Below the pieces are notes generated by a model. It made no database searches. It saw only the letters and a program-made list of their open reading frames with translations, and was not told the DNA's origin. From contig JBLDXI010000064.1 of the NCBI GenBank assembly GCA_047495785.1, forward strand, positions 1-64,000: DNA of 64,000 nucleotides. Direction: 5' to 3'. Below, in pieces: positions 1 to 12,677 of this stretch. The stretch comes from Lepidodermella squamata (taxonomy: Eukaryota; Animalia; Gastrotricha). The position numbers and the translations under genes are program-made. Numbering within the stretch: position 1 is the first letter of the stretch; each line of letters opens with the position of its first letter.

Positions 1-304
1 ACACATCTCGTGAGAGTAAACGAGATAAAAATGATAAATGCATGTAATTTCAAGCACACCATAAAATAATTAAAAACATGAATTGATAAATTATAAATTA
101 CGTGATTTCAATAAATTTAAAAAGCTGGGACATTTTTACGGAATTTTTGTAGCTGGCTTTGGACTCGGACTGTGTTTCGATTCAAAGTATTTTGATCGTA
201 CCTCAAATTATAATAATTTTCAATCTCACAATTAATTTTCGGTGAAATTCAGTAGCTGGTCACTGCATGCGTTTGTCCTAGAGCCTAGAAAGGTCGGCCG
301 GGTT

Positions 305-390
305 CAAAAAACGCTGCGCCATCAAAGCAGTTGTAATTTTATGCCACGTAGCGATCGCGTGCCAAGCCGGTTCAATCTAACGCGCTTGTA
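305..390 (+). promoter_or_regulatory. Conserved upstream block of the zinc-finger genes (core ATGCCACGTAG...ATCGCGTGCCAA)
   Basis: The same block lies at ~2531-2620 upstream of the diverged paralogue, while the flanking DNA is not alignable by eye. Confidence 0.45.
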
Positions 391-697
391 TTTCCTGAAA
401 GTAGTGTTCGTCAATGAATAACGTATCCATTTTTACAAAATAAAAAACAGCTTAACTGATTTTTCACGACTCGCGACGCGATCAAAATATGTTTTCTAGG
501 CGCCGCTAACTTCGCTCAATCTTCCCTTCAAGTGCGATGAGCAAACCGACAAGTTTCTATACTTATCACCAAACTTTACACATGGACCAAATGTTTACGA
601 TTTGCCTTTCAAGTCATAGCATGAAGTTTTACAGTTACTAGCGTTTCTAATTTTTTTACTACCCATTGTTTCTAGAAACCAGATACCTCTTTGAAAA

Positions 698-1331
698 ATG
701 GATGAAACTGATGCTAAGCCGTTGAACCTATCGCGGAGTAGATCCTCTCCTAAAGCGACTATTATATCGATTAGTACACTAGCTCCGTGGGCTCTATCTA
801 TACCAAAGCAAAACTCTGCCGTACCCAGCTCTGATAGGCTTTCAGCTTTCCATCCTGCTGCGGTGAACTCATTCAAATCGTCCTGTTATAATGATTCGGT
901 AAAAACTTATACTTGTTCAATGTTTTGTATATAGCTGTTTCTAATTTCTTTAGGTCAAACCTCTTTCCACTCCTTGCAATTCGAATTTGAGCCATGTAGG
1001 AAATCGAAATTTCGGATTCGTTTGCGAGTATTGTCCTAACCGAAGGGCATATTCTTCCCTCAACGGTTTTCGCTATCACGTTCGAACTCGCCATCACGAT
1101 AAATTTGCCGTCACATGCTTCGCGTGTTTGCAGCGTTTCGACAATGCGTCTCAACTCGGAAAACATGCCTATCAGCACAGAAGGCGGACTTCGATGAAAG
1201 CAAGCTCGACAGTTTCACAGGTAAACAATTCGCCAAATGGCTCTTTGGTCTCGGATATTTCTTCGCATGGTCGAGTTTCACCGAGCTCATCCCCAGAGGA
1301 AATAACTGAGGTGAGGTTGATAAATGTATGA
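698..1331 (+). CDS. Two-finger C2H2 zinc-finger protein, ~192 aa; exons 698-898 and 954-1331
   Basis: A 55-nt GT..TAG intron joins the two ORFs in frame. Fingers: CEYC..FRYHVRTRH and CFAC..F..LGKHAYQH. N-terminal PLNLS motif and Ser-rich tail. Confidence 0.85.
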
Positions 1332-2933
1332 ACTGTGATGCGTATTTGTTGAAAGATATTGCTTTTTTGGAAATCAAGCTCGCTAAATTAGAATGATAAA
1401 GTGGAATTTCTTTGAAATCAATGCAGTGCGAAATTTGAAAATTTAACTGGGTTTGATCCCAATGCCAGGAGAAAGTGGCTAAAACGTCAAGATCTTTTGG
1501 TGGTCTAATATCTAATATAGACTGGATCTATATTTAATTTCATCGCACGATCTACGTAGGGTCGAACTCCTACGATCTATCCCAATGTCCCATTATGATC
1601 TGGCCAGTGTAAGTTGTTAAAAATCGATTAAATGCCATATTATTATGTTTCTATAAGGCCTTCCGCGGCACACGTTCAACTCGGTGATTTCGCTCATTCA
1701 AAAACGTTTGAAAACATCGCGTGTTGTTTTTCTGCAAGTCCTGTTACAATGCTTGAAATCATGTGATGTTTGTAGTAAAACGCAAAATGGCGAAAAAACT
1801 AGGAAAGCACGTATTTACGCTGGTCTTGCACTGAATTAAAAGCCAATTGAGCGGCACGATAATTGCTCGCAGAAACCAATAATCTTGGGGCATCATTTAA
1901 ATTTTGATTTTAAATCAAGCTGAAGTTCAGATTTCTTCCTTTTCTTTTTATTCACTTTTGAGCTTTTATGCTCAAATATGAGGGCTGACGGAATTTTTTG
2001 CATGTCATAATCCATGCAAGAGCTTCTCTAACCTTTTTCGGTGAGCCAGCAAGGGATCGCCTGATGATAAAACACGAATATTACGAATGTGTGGTTTATT
2101 TTTTATCACATTCTCACAAATAGCGTTAGCTTCGCTTACGTCCCACTTTATTCTACTGGGCACCGGCTGAACATGTGTTTAAGAGCCCATTTTGTGAACA
2201 GGTTCCAGGAATTTTAGGGAAAACTTCTGTCAATTTGGCGATATTTTTTGGCTTGGAAGCAGAATTTAGGAATTTCGAGCATCTTTCCCAACACCGAAAA
2301 ACGATAAAAATCGGAAAGAGTTCTGGTAAGTCTCTTAAGCAGGTTTCCGATAGACACCCTATCTGAAAAAATGAAATGCAACAACACCTTACCTCTTACT
2401 TCGCACTGCCATGTGTATTATTTAAGACCTTGAAATTATTTCAATTATTCTTGGAATTATTCGAGGACTTCCATAGTTGTCCCAGATATTCATGCGTGAT
2501 AAATGATCTCGAAAATCGACAAAAATAACAAAAAAAGCTGCGCCACCAAACGAGCTATAGTTGATGCCACGTAGTAATCGCTAATCGCGTGCCAATCTGG
2601 TTCATTTCCATCGCGGTTGTTTCTCAAACTCATTCTGAATTGGCGTTTTTTACTCAATTACAACATTCGAACAGGGCCATTTCAATTGGGTTTTTTCAGT
2701 GTCTTCAGACTATTCTATTTCTCATGCAATTACCATTTATTTATGAGCTTATTTATGTGATCGTCAAAAAGAGTTGTCTGAATTTTGAGAATTGATCTTC
2801 TCTGGTTTAATTCTTGACATTTATTTTGATGCCTCATCTACCATACGTGTGCCATAAACAGCAACATCAAATGTAACAGTTATCGATATGCTACTACGTT
2901 TTTGCCTCTTGTTTCTAGAAAAATTGTTACAAC

Positions 2934-3571
2934 ATGAATAGCAAAAGTGTTTCGACGCCGTTGGATAAGCCGCTACCACAGGGCAGTTCCTCGCCTAAAG
3001 CGACAATAATTTCGATTAGCACAACCAAAGCAAAACTCAGCCATACCCAACCCGGATAGATTTTCAGCTTTTCACCCAGCGGCGGAGATCCCACTCAAAC
3101 CGTCCTGCTATGTTGATTCTCCTCCACTTTTGGTAAAACTTTATTTCTCAGACTTGTTTTTGACCTGTGTTTACCCTATAGGTCACTCCCCTTTCCAACT
3201 CTCAAACTTTCCAACTTTCCGATCTGAATTTTGGTTTTCTCAGTGCTGCAGAGCATCGAAAAATTGGATTCGTCTGCGAGCAATGTCCTAATCTAAAGGT
3301 ATATAATTCCTTCAACGGCTTCCGCTATCACGTTCGAACTCGCCATTTCGATAAAATCGCTGCTACGTGCTTCGCGTGTTCGCAGCGTTTCGACAACGTG
3401 TCGCAACTCAGCAAGCATGCCTATCAGCACAGGAAGCGGCCTTCGATGAAAGCCAGCTCGACAGTTTCGCATGCAAACAATTCGCTAAAGGGCTCTTTAG
3501 TCTCGGATAATTCTTCGAATAGTCGAGTTCCGCCAAGCTCATCATTGAAGGAAATCATTGAGGTGGATTGA
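2934..3571 (+). pseudogene. Diverged C2H2 zinc-finger paralogue, frameshifted in exon 1; exon 2 (3182-3571) still open
   Basis: MNSKSVSTPLDKPLPQGSSSPKATIISIST is followed by a 23-nt deletion relative to the arm copy, giving TAG at ~3057. Exon 2 encodes CEQC..FRYHVRTRH and CFAC..HAYQH. Confidence 0.8.
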
Positions 3572-4733
3572 TAAATGTTTGAACTGTGATGCGTATTTGT
3601 TGAAAATGCTACGATTGTAGAAATTATACAGGTTCGTGGAATTGGAATAATAAATTCACTAACACTGATTATAATGCATTTCGTCTTTAACCATTTAGCA
3701 ATAGGCGGAAAGAAATATACTAGTGCCTCACCACGGCTGTAGTAAACGTTTCAAAGTTTTCAGCACAATTTCTGAACAAGAATTATGCTGGATTCTATCA
3801 TAACATTTCTCGAAATAAATGCAGTGCCAAATTGACAGAAGTTTTCCCTAAAATTCCTGGAACCTGTCCACAAAATGGGCTCTTAAACACATGTTCAGCC
3901 GGTGCCCAGTAGAATAAAGTGGGACGTAAGCGAAGCTAACGCTATTTGTGAGAATGTGATAAAAAATAAACCACACATTCGTAATATTCGTGTTTTATCA
4001 TCAGGCGATCCCTTGCTGGCTCACCGAAAAAGGTTAGAGAAGCTCTTGCATGGATTATGACATGCAAAAAATTCCGTCAGCCCTCATATTTGAGCATAAA
4101 AGCTCAAAAGTGAATAAAAAGAAAAGGAAGAAATCTGAACTTCAGCTTGATTTAAAATCAAAATTTAAATGATGCCCCAAGATTATTGGTTTCTGCGAGC
4201 AATTATCGTGCCGCTCAATTGGCTTTTAATTCAGTGCAAGACCAGCGTAAATACGTGCTTTCCTAGTTTTTTCGCCATTTTGCGTTTTACTACAAACATC
4301 ACATGATTTCAAGCATTGTAACAGGACTTGCAGAAAAACAACACGCGATGTTTTCAAACGTTTTTGAATGAGCGAAATCACCGAGTTGAACGTGTGCCGC
4401 GGAAGGCCTTATAGAAACATAATAATATGGCATTTAATCGATTTTTAACAACTTACACTGGCCAGATCATAATGGGACATTGGGATAGATCGTAGGAGTT
4501 CGACCCTACGTAGATCGTGCGATGAAATTAAATATAGATCCAGTCTATATTAGATATTAGACCACCAAAAGATCTTGACGTTTTAGCCACTTTCTCCTGG
4601 CATTGGGATCAAACCCAGTTAAATTTTCAAATTTCGCACTGCATTGATTTCAAAGAAATTCCACTTTATCATTCTAATTTAGCGAGCTTGATTTCCAAAA
4701 AAGCAATATCTTTCAACAAATACGCATCACAGT

Positions 4734-5367
4734 TCATACATTTATCAACCTCACCTCAGTTATTTCCTCTGGGGATGAGCTCGGTGAAACTCGACCATGC
4801 GAAGAAATATCCGAGACCAAAGAGCCATTTGGCGAATTGTTTACCTGTGAAACTGTCGAGCTTGCTTTCATCGAAGTCCGCCTTCTGTGCTGATAGGCAT
4901 GTTTTCCGAGTTGAGACGCATTGTCGAAACGCTGCAAACACGCGAAGCATGTGACGGCAAATTTATCGTGATGGCGAGTTCGAACGTGATAGCGAAAACC
5001 GTTGAGGGAAGAATATGCCCTTCGGTTAGGACAATACTCGCAAACGAATCCGAAATTTCGATTTCCTACATGGCTCAAATTCGAATTGCAAGGAGTGGAA
5101 AGAGGTTTGACCTAAAGAAATTAGAAACAGCTATATACAAAACATTGAACAAGTATAAGTTTTTACCGAATCATTATAACAGGACGATTTGAATGAGTTC
5201 ACCGCAGCAGGATGGAAAGCTGAAAGCCTATCAGAGCTGGGTACGGCAGAGTTTTGCTTTGGTATAGATAGAGCCCACGGAGCTAGTGTACTAATCGATA
5301 TAATAGTCGCTTTAGGAGAGGATCTACTCCGCGATAGGTTCAACGGCTTAGCATCAGTTTCATCCAT
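4734..5367 (-). CDS. Inverted copy of the C2H2 zinc-finger gene; exons 5367-5167 and 5111-4734
   Basis: Mirror image of 698-1331; the translated ORFs are identical. Confidence 0.85.
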
Positions 5368-6790
5368 TTTTCAAAGAGGTATCTGGTTTCTAGAAACAAT
5401 GGGTAGTAAAAAAATTAGAAACGCTAGTAACTGTAAAACTTCATGCTATGACTTGAAAGGCAAATCGTAAACATTTGGTCCATGTGTAAAGTTTGGTGAT
5501 AAGTATAGAAACTTGTCGGTTTGCTCATCGCACTTGAAGGGAAGATTGAGCGAAGTTAGCGGCGCCTAGAAAACATATTTTGATCGCGTCGCGAGTCGTG
5601 AAAAATCAGTTAAGCTGTTTTTTATTTTGTAAAAATGGATACGTTATTCATTGACGAACACTACTTTCAGGAAATACAAGCGCGTTAGATTGAACCGGCT
5701 TGGCACGCGATCGCTACGTGGCATAAAATTACAACTGCTTTGATGGCGCAGCGTTTTTTGAACCCGGCCGACCTTTCTAGGCTCTAGGACAAACGCATGC
5801 AGTGACCAGCTACTGAATTTCACCGAAAATTAATTGTGAGATTGAAAATTATTATAATTTGAGGTACGATCAAAATACTTTGAATCGAAACACAGTCCGA
5901 GTCCAAAGCCAGCTACAAAAATTCCGTAAAAATGTCCCAGCTTTTTAAATTTATTGAAATCACGTAATTTATAATTTATCAATTCATGTTTTTAATTATT
6001 TTATGGTGTGCTTGAAATTACATGCATTTATCATTTTTATCTCGTTTCTAAATTTGTTTCTTAAATGTTTACAAGTTCTCAACCGCTTGGTGCAATGCTG
6101 AGTTGCCGTACGCCTCATGCGAGACGTTTACTCCTGGTTGACTATGATGCTCGCCTAACAAAACTATTCCAATCCGAATCACCAACTATTTGTGCACATT
6201 TTCAATGAAGAATCAGCTTAATTGTCTGCATTCAACTCAGTTTTCATATTTATAATTTGATTTTTACTTCTACATAAATTGAGCAATAAATTCATTAACA
6301 AAAAGCGAATAGGCTCTCGAAACTGATGCGTTACAACACATGAAAAGTGACGCTTCATTAAAAAATGAAGACACTTTTTAGCCGCAAAAAAAAAAATGGC
6401 CACAGAATTCTGTCAATTAAAAAAAATGTAAATGAAAATGTACCTATAATCGAGCGAGGCGAGGTTTTGTATCAACCTATTTTTTAAACCAGTTTGTAGT
6501 AAACCAAGCTCCAATGATGTTCGAAATTCGAATATGCGTGCCTAAAAATCTCACGGCGTCACAGGAGAACGCGTGTCGTGAACAGCTGGCGAGAAGAACA
6601 AACCGTATACGCAGCGATATTTTGACAAACAACTCGTGACTGCGTTTTCGGTGTAGTCGGACAACGGACTAGCTAATGCGTTGTAAGAAAAGTCACGCGA
6701 TCGCCTGGAACCGAACATCAAAACAACACGTTATTCTCTCCGATTCTCCAAATATTTCAAACAGGCTTATTGCTCGGTTAACCACAACAA

Positions 6791-8635
6791 ATGACTGCTT
6801 TTCACAACTCTTTACTGCTGTTACTGCTGATGCTAGCGACAAGTGACGTCGCTTGGGGCAGTAAGCCGTTGAACTGGGTTCGATGCTTCTCGCAGGTTAG
6901 CAACCGATTCACCAACTGTATTGAAGCTGCCTCTGGCTGTGATCCACTCAAAGAATATCAGGTTTTCCGTGTTAATTAGTTTCAATTGCTTGGAAATTAA
7001 ACTTCTCACTGATCAATAGTGGGGCTCCGTTTTCCGAACAGTCCGCGTCTGTAATACCGGGGTTTGCGGTCAATCATCTTTCTGTTTACGTTATATTCCA
7101 TTTCTCCCTTTATTCGATTTTAGAATGCCCGGATGTGCTACAAATACGCGGCTTTGAGCCCGTTTTGCGTGCCTGGAAACGTTGGCTGTAACAACCCGGG
7201 TGATATGAATGTAAGATTCGATAGAATCATCAGAAGTATCTTAATAACTGATAATTAAATAATCGACATGTTTTTAGGAATTTAGGAATTATTATTTTGA
7301 ATAGTTTTCTGATTTTACGACAATTTTCGTTTTGTCTTTCAGACGTTCTGGTTCAATGATCAGAATGCGACGTTGAGCTTGAAATTCAACCTAAACGAAT
7401 GTGAGAAGCAACGAGCTGTTTTCGATGTGAGTACTTCGCTAATGTTATGACGTCATAGTTTTTTCAAATCTGTAATTATTAGAAATTGCAATTTCGGCGA
7501 TGTACTTCAACCAACGCCATTCAAACTTGCGTCCCGGACCCTTACACCTGCCCCAGCAATTGGGTTAGTTTCTAAATGTTGATGTTTTTTCCATTCTCAA
7601 CATTTTTATAGCAATTTGTTGTTTTATTCAATGTTCTGTTTTTACCTAGGTAACTGAATCAACGCTTTACCCAAATTTAGCTTCCTGCATCAACGGCACA
7701 AGTTAGCCCTCCCCTTTTTTATCGCGAATTTCGGATTTTCTTCTCGAGGATTTCTTTTGCAATTATTTTCTGGTGTAATAAATTGATCTTATTATCATGA
7801 TTTTCAGTGACTGTTCCAGACAGCCAGAAGCCGCACATCCGCTGTTTCGACTCATCTTCTAGAAGATTCAAAGACTGCCGACCGCAAAGCTCAGGCTGTT
7901 TCGCTGGCAATGAAACTCGGCAGTACTCGACAGGGGTGTACATCGATCGCGATACTTGCCTGGTCGGAGTAAGATTTCGACGAACTAATCTGCTCGGCAT
8001 TGTTTCGTATTTTTGAACAGAATGCCGTGTCCTGCAAAGATTCATCTGGGAAATTCTCCTGCTATACAGCTTGTCCTCAGGATCAAACTCAGGTAAAGCT
8101 CGACCATAGGCCAATTTTTCTGGTATTGGGTGCTTTCGTCTCAATTTAGGACAAGCTTTTCACTGGATTGGAGTCTTTTCAACTCAATCACGACGCGTGC
8201 TTGAGGGATATATCTCCGGTAAGTTTTATAACATGCAAATCTGTAATTCTTTGTAATCTTTCTTTACAATACAATAAGTATTTCGGGCTATTTGTATTCA
8301 GCGACAAAGCATTCGCCCTTGCAGAATGTGTCACGCTTAATGCAACGCTAGCCACGATCAAGTCAGCCGATGAGATGGCTATCGCATCGATTGTGATGGA
8401 TGATCCGGAGTTTGGTTACATATACGCCTTCTGGATCGGTCTCACTCAGCAACAAGGCGTTCTGAAATGGGACGATGGTTCCGACTTCACGTATAACGAT
8501 GCGATGTGGTATGGGCCTCGAGCCGATGGGTGCGTTGTTACCATCTTCAACTCCGATCCAGTCGCCGGATATCACTTCAAAAGCGTTCCATGTGATGGTG
8601 CTTTCCCACAAGTCCTATGCCAGAAGGCTTCGTAA
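6791..8635 (+). CDS. Gene A1: secreted protein, five 4-Cys modules plus C-type lectin domain, ~391 aa, 10 exons (6791-6961, 7020-7061, 7124-7210, 7343-7426, 7483-7563, 7650-7701, 7808-7968, 8021-8092, 8150-8218, 8279-8635)
   Basis: Hydrophobic signal peptide; all GT-AG introns keep frame; C-type lectin motifs C..LATIKS..E, FWIGL, LKWDDGS, C..C..LC. Confidence 0.88.
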
Positions 8636-9765
8636 TTATTTTCTTTGCTATTGGTATTATGGATGATGAGGTAGAAACAGATTCTTATGAAGGGCGAAGA
8701 TTATTTTCTAATGCATGAATGATTTCGTCTTATTAAGTCATTGATAATCCAAATAATTACGAGAAGTAAAATGTTCTATCGTATCACAGTCTTTTCGATG
8801 TGTAATCAAACGTGTTGCAGTGTTAGAAGTGTGAAATAGAAAATGAATCTATTGTTATTCCCGTTGACTCCTGTTGCATTGGAATTTTCAATTTCCAAGC
8901 ACTCGGCTGTTCAAGTAGTAGCCTATTAGCTGATAGCTGCCTAATTTTAGTGGGCATCATTACGAATCCACGAGATATTTTACCGCAGTTAGATAGGCCT
9001 TTTTCTCGAAAACAATTGGTCAGATCAAAAATTGCGAGACGTACAGTGCACGCAGAGCAGGATGCTCGAACTAAGGGGTACTTTTGGACTCAATTTTTTA
9101 CAATCAAAGGATCACATGTGGTGTCTCGGGGTTTTGCGAACTGTTTGTTTTCCTTGGCGAACTGGGAGCGGGGGAGGGGGAGGAGGCGCTTTAGGGGGCG
9201 GGGTACCCAGTGTTTCCCCAGGTGTTTCGCGCACTGGAGTCAAGCAATGAATGGATCAGTCTCTGAAAAAATCGCAGAGGTACTCGGCCGTTCCAATATC
9301 AATCGGTTTTGGAGAGGGCGAAGGCAGGCGAAAGATGGAAACCACCCACCCCCACAGTTGAAAATCTTGCACTTTTTCCCAATAATTCGTAATCATCAAG
9401 AGCAACTTTTTTCATCGGCGAAACTCCTTAACAATGCCAAAGCCAGTGACAATGCCAGTGGACGCGTTTGCTCCAATCCGAAAGAGTGCTTTGGTTCAAT
9501 TTACCTCAGCGATGGGGCGAATTGGACAAGTGTTTTGGGGCTTATTGGACGAAATAACACCGCCCGCACCTGTATTACTTCATCAACGCTCGGAGGTAGT
9601 GGCTTTCGTAATCAGGGAGACCTGATGGCCAGCTAAAAATTTGCCAAACCGCCAGCATTGTAAAACTATGGGGAAATGGAAATTCAAGAGTGCGCCAGTT
9701 TGATTTCGGCATTAGAGGATTAAAGTCACCAGGAGTAATCAAATGTTTTCAGTGTCGAAGAAGCT

Positions 9766-9797
<32 letters not shown>

Positions 9798-9800
9798 GGG
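9766..9800 (+). repeat. Poly-G tract (31 G, then TGGG); potential G-quadruplex
   Basis: Direct read. A second G-rich patch lies at ~9164-9203. Confidence 0.9.
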
Positions 9801-10514
9801 ATGACAGGGATTGTCCCGGGTTCGCAAAGGGTCACCCCTGGCAGAGACCCTCGCTATCCCTGGCTCGCTAACCTGTGTTTCGTGACAAATTTGGTAGAAG
9901 ATTAGGCTATTCTCAGACTTTTCATTGAAAACATATCGCCAGCTAAGCTCGCTTCTCTCGCAACTATGAAATTTGGGCTTATTTTGCCTCAGTAACCAGA
10001 AAATGGCAGCTAGTGGCGGAGCTAATGGCGGAGCTAATGGCGGAGCCTTGCAAGCGTGTGCAGCACGCGAGCGACAAAGTCTCTTCTCCCCTCTCAGCAA
10101 AACGTGAACCTTCGACACTGAATATTTTGCTGCCACGTTATGATACGGAACTGTTTATGTTACTGAAGAGCGTTGTCTTAGACTATCGTAGACAGTCTAA
10201 GAAGTGACCAGCAACACAATGTGTCGAACAGCAGCCCGCTGATCGTATCCGGGAAAATGCTGAAAGAAAAGAGGCTTCAAGACGGGTCGAGTGGTAATTG
10301 GAATTTTCAGCGAAATCCTGGTAGCCAGCATGCATAAAATAACCGTCAGATACACTTTTCAAGCCTGTCGGAAAAACCAGGGTTGAAATAGGCATGCTCG
10401 CTCCGCTCGCATAGCCTTCTTACCCTTGATATTCTTGCTCAATCTAGGACATTGAATTTTGTTGCGTTCTCAAGTGTTATCAATCTTTCTTAAACGTGGC
10501 AGAAATGTATTCTT

Positions 10515-10722
10515 GCCGAGTTGTCGTTTCTCCATATTAGTGATTTTCATCACGTCGAGTTGTCGTTTTGCCGAATTGTCGAAACTGGACATTCTGCTCA
10601 ATATTCATTTGCCGAATTGTCGTTTTCGGTCCTCTAAATTTTTAATGCCGAGTTGACGTTTGTGGAATGGTCGTCCCGAGCTGTCGCATGTTGAATAGTC
10701 GTTTGCTCACTTGGCGCCACAC
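10515..10722. repeat. Degenerate dispersed GCCGAGTTGTCGTTT repeats, probably a MITE remnant
   Basis: About seven copies of CGA(G/A)TTGTCGTTT-like units. Confidence 0.5.
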
Positions 10723-11172
10723 CCTTGGACCTCACGCTAAATCATAGCAACCTTCAAAGGGTTGCTTCGTGTTAAGTGATGGTTTTCATTTTCTTGGCAT
10801 GTTATTTTCACAAGAGCCTCCAAATTTTTATTCGGGTTGTAGTGATCATCAATAATCGAAAGTGCGTGATTTTATATAATGTGTCGTCATTAGTTTTTAG
10901 GAATTAGGAATCTTCTCTTCAAAAAATACCTGGGCATCAATTCAATTCAATTGCTGGGTTCAATTTTTACCCTGAATTTAACTGAGTTTAAAAACCACCG
11001 AAAATGTTGATTATCATTTTTGAACGAGTAGAAAGCACCAGATTGAACACGCGCCGTGAAACGCGAGCCCCTTGGATCGAAAAACACATAAACATGCCAT
11101 TCATTACATTTCACACTTTACAGACATTTCACACATCAGGATTAGAGCTTATAGCTCTGTTTATTAAATCAA

Positions 11173-11660
11173 ATGAGTGCTCGCCCTAACTCTTTGCTGT
11201 TACTGCTAATGCTGGCATCGAGTGACGTTGCTAGGGGCGGTAAGCCTTTGAACTGGTTTCGGTGCTTCTCGCAATTCAGCAACCGGTTCACCAGCTGTGT
11301 TGAAGCTGCCACTGGCTGTAATCCACTCAAAGAATATCAGGTTATCGACGTCTAATTATGTGTGATAGCTTGGGAATTAATTGATAACCTCCTTTATCAA
11401 TAGTTGGCTCCATTTTCCGAACAGTCGGCGTCTGCAACACTGGAGTTAGTTCTCTTTTCTGTTGTATTCCATTGCAACTTTTATTCAATTTTAGAATGCT
11501 CGAATGTGCTACAAATACGCGGCTCTCACCCCGTTTTGCGTGCCTGGAAACATCGGTTGTAACAACCCGGGTGATATGAATGTAAGTGCAAGAATCTGAA
11601 GAATTATTTGATGAATGATTTTTTAATTTATGATGACAATTTTTCTTTCAGATGTTCTGT
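11173..11660 (+). pseudogene. Gene A2: truncated paralogue of A1 (exons 1-3 and start of exon 4)
   Basis: Exon 1 resembles A1; exon 2 is 41 nt rather than 42 (frameshift); homology stops after TTCAG-ATGTTCTG at ~11660. Confidence 0.85.
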
Positions 11661-11921
11661 GATGATTATGTCGCGGGTTATTGAAAAAACACACTCCTGT
11701 ATTCTTTGTTTTGTTTTTGAGATCTGTAATTTGTAATTTGTTATCGGTCAATAGTTAGGTATGTTTTGTTTTTAGAAAAAAAACAATATTTTTCCTGTAT
11801 TACATACTTTTCTTGTTTTAACAGAATACTTGAAAATGCCTTGTTTTACAGGATCAACTAATTTGCATAATTAACTTTACAGGAAACTTAAGTATTTTGT
11901 TCCTACTGGAGCAACCTAATT

Positions 11922-12276
11922 TTGGGGCCCGAGCCCGATTTCGGCCCGTATGCGGTCGGGGAAAAGCAGTTTACCACTCCGCGCTTGGGCCGGTTTGAAA
12001 CATGCCCGTATGCGACGTTTACTGTAAACTCTAAATTTAACAATTTCGAAAGAATCAAGCTTCACCGCACGCGGGCCGGCCAAGGTGCCAGCCCGAGCAC
12101 GGCGGGGAACAATGGGAACCGGTGCTATTTTTAGGCGATCGCACGCGCCGTACTCGGGCCGCCGGGTTTGGGCCGGGACTTGATACAGTTATGCTGGATT
12201 TATAAACACTTCGGATGGCGCTTCGGTTCGGACGGGTGTATCCGAACATATGAATCCGTTGCCCGGTCCGTAGTGT
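11922..12276. repeat. GC-rich CGGGCC/GGCCCG-repeat element, probably a non-autonomous transposon remnant
   Basis: Many cgggcc/ggcccg motifs in an AT-rich context; ends in CCGTAGTG; no matching second end found. Confidence 0.35.
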
Positions 12277-12677
12277 GACTTAACAATCTCGGCGACGTTA
12301 TTTATCCGTAATAATTAGTAGGTTAGCAAAAGCTGTTGGGAAAACTCCATCGAAAATGGCTGTTAGTTCGAAAGCCCGTGATAATCATGTTTGATAAATT
12401 GAAAATCCTACCTTTCTCACAGGTTTCGAACTTGGCTATGCCTCGATTTCGAAAAATGCTTCGATAAATATTGCATAATTCTGTTTATTTGGTGCTGCTC
12501 GACAAAAATAAGCACGCGTTGCTTACAATTGAATGAGTAGAAAGCGTGCTTATCAGGACTAAAAAGCAAAACACGCGCGCTCGGTGAAAACATCGCCACC
12601 ATCATTTTACTACTTTTTTTTTAATTTAAACGCCATTTTACATGATTTATGATTCATTGGTTGATTCGTAGCTTTTA

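Larger units (their letters stand above)
18..6047. repeat. Large inverted duplication: arms 18-2239 and 3826-6047, spacer 2240-3825
   Basis: Position i pairs with 6065-i. ORFs are mirrored (698-934/5131-5367, 987-1331/4734-5078). I saw only one mismatch (near 2197/3868). No target-site duplication (TSD). Confidence 0.97.

Noticed and set aside
595-1377. Antisense and alternative-frame ORFs over the zinc-finger and lectin genes
   Set aside because: Shadows of the real coding frames with no independent support.
18-6047. Transposon with 2.2-kb TIRs carrying captured genes
   Set aside because: No TSD or transposon-like termini; junction microhomology fits a template switch better.
8950-9636. 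228-aa ORF, the longest in the track
   Set aside because: No recognisable domain, non-ATG start, runs through G-rich repeat-like DNA; probably a chance ORF.
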